From Orbicella franksi (lineage: Eukaryota), in NCBI GenBank assembly GCA_964199315.1, contig OZ116706.1, positions 30,876,001 to 30,940,000 on the forward strand: a stretch of DNA of 64,000 nt, written 5' to 3'. Under the pieces are notes generated by a model. The model was not told the DNA's origin. It did no database searches and worked only from the letters and a program-made list of their open reading frames with translations. Positions 22,901 to 34,900 of this stretch are shown here, piece after piece. Position 1 is the first letter of the stretch; the number at the start of each line of letters is the position of its first letter. The translations under genes and the position numbers were made by a program.

Positions 22901-25900
22901 AAAGCTGATGGCAAAAAACAGATGGTCAATGGAGACATAATTACTGTTAATAAAAATATAACTTACTTAATGAAATGTTTACATGAAGAGCAACCAATAT
23001 TGAACGCCTGTGCTGAACTCAATTACTCCTCTGCCACTCAAGAGTCAGACGTGTTGAGATATTGATTAACTTGTTGGCATGCATGGTGACATGTAAATTT
23101 GGACCAAGCAGACTGTGTACATGGCAAAAAACATGTCCAGACTGTTAAAGATTTTTGCGATTTTAAAATGACTACAAACCTCCACATCTTTACTAAGCAA
23201 GTTGCTTTCCATTGCAATAATTATAACTCCTGTCTTATCAGGCCACTTCTGGTGTGAAAAACGGCTCTCGAGTTTGTTGATTTGTTCTGTAGAAAAGTGT
23301 TTAGGTGCTGTAGACCTCACTGGAACACTTCTAGGAGTGCAAACTGTGCTGAAGTTATTCCATGGAAGAGAGACCTGCACCATTTTGTCCTCTTGTTCTT
23401 TCATGGCATCTTTTCCTTTATCACATCAAAAGTCTTCTGTGCTTAGCTGCGATGTTATGTAGAGAAGTTGGATCCAGGTGCACTTACATATATGAGATTC
23501 TGTGGCTGTTGTTATGTTTTCTGTGAATTTCATTCATCCAGCAAAGATATTAACAGGCTTTAGAACTGAAAATCTTGAAATTTTTGTGGCATTTTGCATG
23601 CTACAGGTAAAAGGATTACCAATGATGCCAAATGTTTTGTGGGATGTGAGTTTAAGTAAACATCACAATGTTAAAGTTGTATTGTAACTCCTTTGTTTTT
23701 TGCATTCATTTATGTTCATCCAATTAAACATTTATTTAATTGACGTTAGGTTCACCACAGTGATATTGCTTTTCTGTTGTTTAAACAAATGTACTACGTG
23801 ACATTTTGCTATCTCTGTAAACAATCTTGCCCACCTGAAAGTAATTATGCAAAAATTCTCAAATTCAGATGTAGTTTTAGTGCCGTTTGTTGGCTCTGCC
23901 TTAAAATCACACAGGATGTGGAGTGTATTCTAGTTTTGATCTGATGCAATTTAAAATCTGTTATGTCAAATGTGTTCATAGTCATTGCTAATTAATGTGC
24001 CTGCTAATCCCTTAGGTCTGCTTAATTATGTAGCCTTTACTTCAAGTTGTGTAGCCGTTGTTTACGCAGAAAGTACAGAAAAGTACAGTGCAATGGACAT
24101 GCACAGCAATGTAGAAATGACTGATGTTGAGTTTGATCTCTGTTCAAGTACACTTTATTGATTGTGGATGAACATTTGGTGTAATGACTGTGTATAATAC
24201 AGTGGACATTGTGAAATATTGAATCATTTTGTGTATATTAAATATGTCAGTGTATTCCTTTTAAAAGAGCAAATTCGTGAACAAAATATCTACTGTAGAT
24301 ACAGGAGGCCAAGACTTTTCACTGCTGCTTCGTGCGTGAATATAATACAAACGTGATAAATCGTGCATTTAAACTTAGGTAACCAGTTTGAATGTGGAAG
24401 TGCTTATAAAGCAAGTCATGTATGCTGATATTTCTGAATTCCTAGCTAGAAATGGAGTCTAAAGTTATTCATCCTGGGCCATTTTCCTAACTACCAACAG
24501 ACATCTACATCTTTATTTTAAATTAATTAATATTTTAAGGTTTCACAAGCTATAAACAATGGAGTTCAATTAGCCTTCCTGATAGCTTTTTTGTGAAAAA
24601 GGTGTTAAATACAGCAATCAGAAAAGCCATTATGACAGAATGTTCATATTTAATGTTTCAGCATAGGGTGATTTTCTTTTCTTTGTTTTTTGCCAGTAAG
24701 GCATTCATTTCTATTATGTTAACTTTTTGTAATCAGAAACAAATTATATTTAACAGTATTAACTTAACTGTAGTGCAACAATACAGCCTTTGTCTTGAGC
24801 AAAATTAGTTAAATCAACCTGTATTGAAATATGACTGTGCCTTGTGTGTACATGTACATCCATTTGGGGGACCTTTGAAGGCCTTAATGTAAATCATAAA
24901 TCAGCAATTCCACAGTATTATGGAAACTGTTTTCTTTCTTCTTAATAAATACACCATTACCAAGAAGTAAAAATTAACATAGAGTAATTGGGATGGGAGA
25001 CTCAAAAAAATACAAAGACACAGTGTACCGGTATGCCCAAATAAAGGGGTGGTTTTGTAGCCAAAATTATAATCATTTATGACCAGGAAATTCCAGTTCA
25101 TGAGTAATTAATAATTTTAGTGTTATATTTACTTATATCCTGTTAATAAATTTCAATTTTATTACTAACCTTTTTGAAGGTCCATGTCCCAGGGTGAGGG
25201 GGGAGGGGGAATGCTTGAAACACTGATAAGAAGGGAAGCTAAGGAGAGCTTTTACAGCATTTGTCTTGGGATAATCTATCTTCCAGTCCCAACTGATCAG
25301 TGTTCTCGTAGGAATAAGCAGGTCCTTGATTCTGCTTGATTTATTTATAACAAATTTATTTAATGATGACTTAATACATAACTATTTATTGACCAAGAGT
25401 GAGGTTTTTACAGGAAAATCTCAAACCAAGACTTTGCCGTATTGAACAAGCGATAGTGACGTCAATATAGCAATGCTGAGGTTTGAGATTTTCCCGTAAA
25501 GACCAAACATTCAGGGTTAATAAGTTGTTTATTTTGGGGGTTAGAGTTAGCCAATCAGAGCATGCATTATATTGGCTACAAACACAAGTCATATAATGGT
25601 CAATGTATTGTTCATGATTTTAACAGGTAAAAACCTACACTGATTTACTGGAGCCTCTATTGGTGAGAGATAATGCAGGCCTTCCTTTGGTTCCAGAATT
25701 TTTTTATGTGCCCAGGGACAAGGTACATTTTGTAGTTGCATTATGGTTAATTAACATTTATTCTGTAGTTCCCGGTTAGAAGGTTGGGTTGCTTTGGGAA
25801 GTGATAAGAACAAGGTAACACATAATTTTAAATGTCACCTTCACATGTGTTTGTATGTGTTTGAAAAGCTAGAAACAGCAACAACCTTTGCTAGAAGACA

Positions 25901-28900
25901 CTCACTGTAAACTAGCCCTGTAGCGCAGTCTTGTTTTTCAAAACTTGAACATATGGTTTAAGTCTATTACTCACGTATTAAGTAAAGGTATAACACGTTT
26001 ACGCACACCATCATTAACAGGTTGATATTGAGAAAGCTAATCCCCACAGTGTGGAAAGAAAATGTGGTGAAAATGTGCTGCACTTGTGGTCTCACTCACT
26101 GTATGTCCTGGCATGCTTACTGAAAGAGGTACAGTATAAACCGTACTGATATTAATAGAACTTGAACCTTTTAACTTGGAGACCGAGATTGTTGAATGGT
26201 TTAGCAAGAAGTATAAGCAGAAATTTTAGCAGGACATTCTTAACTGTCTACTTTCAGTCAAATCTCCATTTATAGACACTATTGCGTGTGCGACGCAGCT
26301 GCAGTGACCTTAAACTTGAACTTAATTTTATTTTGTTTTCTTACGTACTGTTACACTTGCTTACCACCCCTGCAGCTAGTTCCAGAACTAATTGAGGCAA
26401 GAGCAAGAGTTTATATTAAAAAGGAAAGAAAGATACAATAATGATAATTTACAACAAAATTATTAAAGGTACAACTAAACAATACAAAGTGATGCAGTGG
26501 TGGCATTAGTTGAACATGTAGCGGTAACTGACTAACTGATTTTTTTAAAATGACATTACAACAGAACTTTATCGCTGTTGGAGAGATTGATCCTCTGAAT
26601 CGGAGACACTCTACTGACAAGAGACCAGATGTAGTGGTACAAGGTACTCACACTGTATTTTCTCATTCAGTGTTGTTACACTGTCAATTGCCTCACTGCT
26701 GAGTAATTTAATTAGCTTGTAGTTGCAGGCAGTGGACAAACTTGAAGGCAAACTTTGTCTTTAAGAGTGACATGACCTCTTTAAGTTACAAAATGATAAT
26801 TAATTTATTTTAAACATGATAGTAATAAAATTATTGTAACACATTACCACTATGAAACCTGTTATCTAGTTCCAAAGATGTACATGTGCAGTTGTATACT
26901 GGCATTCACCTTTCATTAATAAAAGATCAAATGATGTGATTTCATGATTTGAACATTAAATTTTTGTGTTTGTTACAATTCACAAAACTTACCGGTAAGC
27001 CTTAAAAAAAAAAGCTTAAGAAATATACTGTCTTGTTTTGCTTATAAAATTCCAGTGTCCCTTCTTGCTGAAGATGAGTTGGTCGCAACACAGCTTAGAA
27101 ACCTTGATGTTCCTGTACAAGTCACTCAGAACATTAATCCAATACAAGTCCTTCCAGCTCGCACCCTCAGTTCCATGTACCAGCAGCTTGGTAAGAACAA
27201 GCACTGTACGTGATTCGGTGTATATTGACACCAAGATGAGGATAACCCTAACAAGACACTACTCTTGCCCTAACCTGATCCTGACACTTTGTCTTAAAAT
27301 GCTTCCCAGGGCAGGAAAAAAAAATGAATTCCACTTGCCTAGTGAGCCAGTAAATTTCAGTTTTCACTTGCCCCCACTTAGTTATTACTTGTCGATGTGG
27401 CGACCAGTATGGCAATTAGAGGACAAACGTGGACAAATTATTCTTGGATTCCTAAGTAATCCGTTCTTTTAACTGAATGGTTAACTAATCTTGAAGTCTT
27501 AAGTTTGGAAATAGCTTCTGACTGGAAATTATCATTTATTAAGCTGACATTTTCACAAGACTATTGAGGCTAATTTCACTTGCGCACTAGGCCACTGAAC
27601 TTCTATTTTCACTTGTCCAAGAGCAAAATTTACTTGTCCCGGCAATCAGACCTGGGTTTTTCTTACCCTGCTTTCTATTGTCTAACCCTACATCCCGGGC
27701 CCTACATCTTAAGCTTATACTACAACTACAGCTGATGACAATGTTAAGTACTTACGATTCTCTTTAATATTGCAGGAAAAAATTCCAAGTTAAAACTGAC
27801 TGGCAGGTAATGTGTTTAATATTAAAGCAAGTTCTTCAATTCCGTGATCTTTACGTGATGGAAAGAGCAGCTCAGCTCTGACTTATTGATTCTCATTGCA
27901 GGCCCAACTATCACATTGGAGTCTTAGGGACTAGCATGTTGTATAATGTTGGAAACTCATACTCCATTCTAGCCTTTACGCCTCAGGTGAACTCAAGAAA
28001 CTTAGTTAAATTTAAAAAAATGTATTTAACAATGTGCTAAGCAAAAATAATTAATGTGAGGTAATTTCAGACAATTTTGTAGTTTCTGCCCAAAATTACC
28101 TCACATCCATGTTGAATTTTATTGTAATGCAGAAAGAAAAATTAACAGGGAAAAGGGCTACTAAAGGCATCTTTTATGAATGTTATAGCCTTGGAGCAGC
28201 CTCCCTTGCACTATGACACAAGCAGCAAAGCCGCAATATGTATATCTGCAGATTCTTCACTTGTGCGGCAGCAATTGAGAAACTGGTCGCAGGCTATGAA
28301 TGTGATGATATTTCAACTTTAAACTGTAAAGAAGATATATTTAACAAATTTTTGTGAGACACCAATCTGATCACGTAGGTGCGATGAAAGAGAGTGGAGA
28401 AATTTTCTTTGAACTTTCCCTTCAAACCTTGTCTTTGAACGGATGTCTATTTGCGCTGACAGATTCTAATTCCGTAGCTTTCTCGTTTCAGATTCTGGAT
28501 TACCACCAGTTTTACCTGGCTCTTGATAATGAGTTCCTTGCGGATCGTATCAAGTCTCTTGTGGGTTTTCTCGGAGCTAACTGGAGGCGTCTTGGAAGAC
28601 CGATTCTTACAATGATAATCACACACTCCATGCTTGGTAGGTTGTCATGACAACTCATATGGCACTTGGCACATCATTAATACATATAATGATGCATGGT
28701 ATATGTACTGACTTCCCTAGTCTGGTTGAAACTTGTCAGAAAAAGCCGCCTAGCCATGGACAGGATTGCCTTTTGATTTAGCGTATGCACAGCTTGTTTT
28801 GTGCACTTGCCAGATATGTAGTTTCCACGGTCACTTATTTTTAACTTTGTTGGTTGTACCATGCAGAAAGTCTTTGCAGCTCCCAGTCACTGTCCAGTTC

Positions 28901-31900
28901 GTGTTTGCAAACCTTTTCAGTCAGTCATTGTGGTACCTTTTCCGTCTCTTGTGAGATGTTTTGGCTGGAGACAAGAGCATGTATAAACCGTTCTCGCACT
29001 TTTCCAGAGATTATGCATTCGGCTGGGTACAAGTACGAGAAGCAGAAACTAAATTACATTTTTTTTCTTTGTATAGAGGATTCTCTTTCCTCATCTATTG
29101 CCAAGATGATTGTAATGTTAAGAAGTGGCTACATATCAGGAGTAAGGTAAGTTATAACAAAGTTCTGACATTGTGAAAACATACAACAATTTTCCAACTG
29201 CAAAAAATGAGTAAAAAATAATTAAAAGGGAAATGAAATACAGCTAAGAAAACGAAAATAAGAAACACGATACCTGTAATACATGTTTAAAGGAAGAAAC
29301 ATAGATTTAAGAATGCCGGTTTGGGGAAGCAGTGTAGATTCCTGGTTGACCACTTGTTTTCCCCTTTGTAATCATACCTGCCTTGTCTGTACCTTTTACA
29401 AACCTCACAACAAATTCATGTAACTGTATAATAAAAGAACAAGATTAACTAGTATATAATACTGTTAGTGTTTTAAAAGTCTCTTGTGTCACCTCACAAA
29501 TGAACTTACTAATGCAATACATGCACACGCATCACCAGTTCCCAGCCTTGAGTACTAATCAAACAATGTTGATTAGATCAACCTACATGACGACAACGTA
29601 TGCAGGGGGGATCTAGAGGGAGGGTGCAGGGGGTGCGCACCGCCCCCCCCCCCCCCCCGAGATGAAGCCTTCGTTTACCTCACCAGTCAGTTACGCCATT
29701 CGTTAGTGGTGCACCCCCTCCTAAAAAAAACCTGGATCCGCCCCTGGTGTGTGGCCTATCACTAACTTTGATTCATTTTCAGGGTTCGGTTAGGATACCT
29801 TTCTGACTTCTTAAGTACATCATGCATCACGAGTCTACACTTTATTTCAGACAGTGATGAGGGTAAGTGGGTTTGAAGTCTTCTGAACAATGTGCAGTAT
29901 ACACCAGTCTTTCCTACACTCGTAAACAGAGTCTTAATTGCCTAGTCCAAGACTTCAAAACTGTTTGCAAATTGTTCAATGTTTGTTTTCGAACTGTTTT
30001 GTTTGCTGTAGGTTTTTTTTCAAATGATGATTTCTCTAATATAGGTGAGGCATATCTACAACTGTTTATCTACAACTGTCGTCGTGTTTTTACTGCAATG
30101 TAATTTTTTTGTTGACCAATCACAATCTACTTTGTGCAGAGATGCATGTACTTCTTTCCATGTATCTTGCTTTTTCAACTAACTTGGTTCACGTCTTAGG
30201 GTGCTGACTGTAGATTGTACTGTTAAATGTTTTTTTTTTTAATGAATATCTTGTAGAACTCAGGAGACATAAAAGAAATCCAGAATCTAGTGATATGTTA
30301 CGACGCACCGATTCGGAGTCCAGAGTAAGCAGCCCTTGTTTACACATTACAATAACACTTGTTTGCTTGATAACACTTCACAACTTTGCTTAATTTTATA
30401 GGTCCACTTTGATTCTGCGTGCTTTGCAGACACTTCCTTTTTGTGTTGAAGAAAATCGTTGCTCAGTTTTGTATATTGCAAAATTCCTCTAAACACCGTC
30501 ACGGTGATTCAGTTTTACTTGTTTATTTGTGGTTGTTCACACTAATCGACGTCGTAAATTGTGTAATTAATAGCTTTTGTATCTCACTGGCCTTATTTTT
30601 GTTGCAGAGTCGATCTGGAAGTCACGCTGGACATAGTCCTGTTAAGAGAAAGGCGAGTTACAAGGGGATGGTCAGGAGAAGCCGAAGTATCTCAGTCTAC
30701 TGTGATTCGACAAGTGGCACATCACGTATGTCGTTATATCTTACATATTGTCATGGTATTTTAATAGTTAACCTCAGGTCCGCACTTAGCCTCTTACGCC
30801 AATGTTCTTAAGGCCCGTCACACACTCCACCTTAACGAACTTCGTCGGGTGGGGAGCAAGATTGCCTGACGACCCCAAAGAGCGTTTAAGGTGGCTCCCT
30901 AGAGTATTTACGAACACCTTCCCTATAGAGCGTGGGTTAGAAAAGGAAACTTAGTTAATATCTCTTTAAGTCTCCCCGTAGTGATTTACCAGTATGAGTA
31001 CTGTTAAAATATACATTGTAGATTATTTTTTGGTTATCAATTTTTGGATTAAGGCCGTTACCATGGCAACATCTCATCTAATGACAGGCAGATGTATTCC
31101 TCATTTTGGCCTGAACTCCTTATTATTTATATTTACCTTCGGGGAGTTTTTTTTCATACTTTGCCACATCATGGTAATGATATTGCCTGACATTCTAAAT
31201 TGGCAAAAAGTCGAGGTTGTTCAGACGGTTTTTCCAATATTCTGTAATATGTAGTTCTTCTAAATATATCAGATTAGCTCTGACAGATTTTAACAAAAAT
31301 AGGGTGTTTTATAGGAATTGTATGTGGTCACTTACAACTGAGCCAAATTTAAAAAAAGATTCACCGTAGGAAACGCGAGGAAATTCACTGTCAGTTTTGC
31401 TTTTTGTGCACATGTTGACGTCACAAAAATCGAAAAACACTGGCGTTTTCCTTTGAGCGCGCGTAGATTACTTGAGCTTTCGTCCTATGCGCGCGTGCGA
31501 TCGTAAAACTTTAGGGAGCCACCTTAAAGAACCACTAAAGAACCAAGGCCTCTCTCGTGGGGAGTCTGGGAACGATAAATTCATCGAGCAAACTGGGCGC
31601 GAATACACGTTCATTTAAGAAACTGAGAAAGGAGAAAAGCTTGGTGTACTGTAGTATATCTTCTGATAGGGGTGTGGGTAATTTACTGTGAATGGGCTGG
31701 CAGTAGCACCGTATCACTTTCAGCTAAATCTCACGTACAGGGATATGTATACTGTGAACTGAAGCCATAATCAGCATGCATGTATAGGATAAGCGCTTAG
31801 CTATGTAACTCATCAGTCAGCTAGTTAGTCAGTCAGTTAGTAAGTCAGGCAATCATTTATTCATTCAGAATCTCGATTTTGGGGAAATTAGTTAGACCAT

Positions 31901-34900
31901 GTTGCACTAACAGTTAAGCGAATTGGAAACCAAAGAAGATATACAGTCAACAATTTTAACAAGCCTTTGTTTAAGTGATTTACTCATGCTTTATCTGCAG
32001 TTATCTTATCTGTTGACGGCTGACTGCTTTGCCTCACATTCGCTCACGGGCGCCCGTGTTTTATGTTAATTTAGATCTTTTTTATTGTTTTAACTGCGTA
32101 TACCCATGACGTCACTGTATCATTTTGCAGATTGTATGCGCATTAAGATATTAACTGAATGTGTAACTCAACGTTAAAATAAAATTAACTCTAAAACGTA
32201 AACCTGACAAGTAACCGTTAACGTTATAACATACAGATCATAATCTAATACTCTTTTCGTAGCTTTGTGTCTAAACTTGCACGTGATGAGCACGCTTTCT
32301 TTACCATACTTAACAGAGCATGCCAGATCAAATACTGGCTGTATGTGAACGCATGTAGGCTGTGCGTGTTGCATGTATGTGATACTGATCACTAATACGA
32401 CTGAATGAAGCAGACTTGAGTGGAATATCATAAAAAGAAACAAATTGATAAGTTACTAAAGAAACTGATGTTCTGCGAATAAAACACTCAGCTGTAGAGG
32501 TCCCCTCCATCCTACCGCTATGTGGATTTGGGATTCTTAATAGTTAATGTACTATCTGAAATATTTGTTTGTTTATTTACAGTGTCCTTAATGATTAGCA
32601 CAACAGTCCTAACTACATTTGACGCTTAAATAAAGATATTTATTTTATTTATTCAGTACTGCTATTATGTGGTTTCGAGGGAAGGCCCTCCGTCCTCCTT
32701 TTTACGATTTTAAAAAAGAGACAAGTTAATAACTACAGTTGTAGTTTCGAATTCTGTGAGAAATTTTGTAAAACGATGTTATGTAAGCTGCGTCGAATGA
32801 TGCGATAACTTGATAATTTGGAAATCTCTGGAGATATTCAAAACATCTTGGGCTATGTATTAATTTTGTCTGTCCATCGTCCTTTCTGAGAGACAATTAG
32901 GAGCATTCCATCCGAACTTTAGGCCAGTTTCTCTGTTCTGATTTAACAAAATTGGTCAGGAGTGATATCCTCTCAAGATCAGTCGCGCGAATTGTTGGCC
33001 GCCATGAACTTGGGTAAACACTTCAGTAGATTCCATCCATATTGATTATTTTCAAAGCCTAGGTTTTCTTTGCTTTATTGATAAAGGCAATCCTCATATT
33101 TTCAAGGCTGTCCTAACGAACCGTTCTATCATTTGTTCAACACTGTTCTACAAAATGTAACTGTAAGGATTTTAGCGATCTAACTGAGATTTTTAAGTTA
33201 AGAAAAGGGACGGTTTCCCTGTAAGTAAGTGTGTGTTTTCTTGAGTAGGACAGTAAGATTAGCATGCACTAATCACGTGGGTTTTAGCACCAAGCAGGTG
33301 GTTCAACTCTACTTCATTTGACACTGGTGACGGGTCACGCAGGCTTCCTTCACCGACCGGATCAGGTACTATGCAGGAGCGCTCACAACTCACTAATCCT
33401 GTTTTNNNNNNNNNNNNNNNNNNNNNNNNNNNNNNNNNNNNNNNNNNNNNNNNNNNNNNNNNNNNNNNNNNNNNNNNNNNNNNNNNNNNNNNNNNNNNNN
33501 NNNNNNNNNNNNNNNNNNNNNNNNNNNNNNNNNNNNNNNNNNNNNNNNNNNNNNNNNNNNNNNNNNNNNNNNNNNNNNNNNNNNNNNNNNNNNNNNNNNN
33601 NNNNNNNNNNNNNNNNNNNNNNNNNNNNNNNNTTTAATTTAGCTCCTTCTGTTTCTGCGACTTTTTAAAGTGAAATTTCTGAACTTGGTATCATTTAAAA
33701 TTAAGAATCATGTCAGTAATGTAATGATTTGGTTTGGCAAAAGGCTCGATGTCCGCCGCTCACTCGAGTCCGGTTCACGGGCTCCTTTCTCGAACAGCGA
33801 CTGGTAATCGAGCCTTGTTTGATAACCGGTTTATTACAGAATAACTCCTTTAAGTGGAGCTCGTATTTGGCAAGAGGAGGTTTTTATTTTTCAATAATTA
33901 ATGAAAGAAACTACGAAGTATCACTACAATATAGTGATACCATGCTCTCGTTTCTCATGCAGCGTGTCTTTGTAACATAGGTTCACACTTGCATTTGCGC
34001 TTGCCAGGAACAGTGCTCGTCTTAAACATCAATTAAGTTCTGATGTAAGAGATCTTGCCATTCTCAGCCCAACCAACTATCAAACAGGATAAAACTATAC
34101 AGATTTGTAAGAACCGTCAGGGAGGCTGTAAACTTCCAAAGCACTTTTCAGGTCACTTATCAGTTAAAAGTTTTACATGTCTAAAGTTAAAATGGTGGCT
34201 AAAACAATAAGAGAATTTAACATCAGTGATAAGTTGTAAACTAAATTTGAATTAAGCACTCATCCTTAATTAGTTTAGTCCTGCTTTAAGAACGATCCAG
34301 GCCAGATATTATGTTCTGGTTTCATGAGATTTTGAGGGTTTTTTTACGTGTAATTATTTCAGGACGAAACATAATTGTTGAAATGCAAGACTTGACATAT
34401 CTTTTATACTAGAACTTCTAAGCACCAACTATAATGTCTGCTATTTCGTAGTTTGGTTGCACAAAAGTAACTTCTTGGAAACGCCTAAAATGAGATAAGA
34501 TGAAAAAATAAATAATTACATTACAATAGATAAATAACTTTATGAACATGTCAGAAAACTAGCTCGCAAATGATAGTCGTATTTACAGAAAGCTAAAGAC
34601 AGTTGAACTCTTAGTAGAACGCACAGCTCACAAAGAAAGTTAAACTCGTTGTATAACTCATAATCAATAAAAAGTTACCCACAAGGAAACAACAAACTAA
34701 CTCCATTTTAGTTAGGAAATAGTCTTTATAAATAAACTTTCTGGCATTATTAAATTGAATGTATTAAATTGATCTTTAAACTGAATACGTTGCCCATGGG
34801 AATGGGTGATGTTTATACAAGCTGCACAAGTTGCTGACTAGGGAAATTAGAAGGCAGTCCATCAAAGTACCAAAGAAAATGCAGCGCTGCAACTAGTGCA

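Noticed and set aside
22699-23065. ORFs 22699-22938 (-) and 22799-23065 (+)
   Set aside because: Off-frame or antisense shadows of homeobox exon 2.
17600-26900. Frequent TACATGTA palindromes in introns
   Set aside because: Scattered without spacing or positional pattern, so treated as background genome composition.
33318-33668. ORFs spanning X residues
   Set aside because: Artefacts of the N gap.
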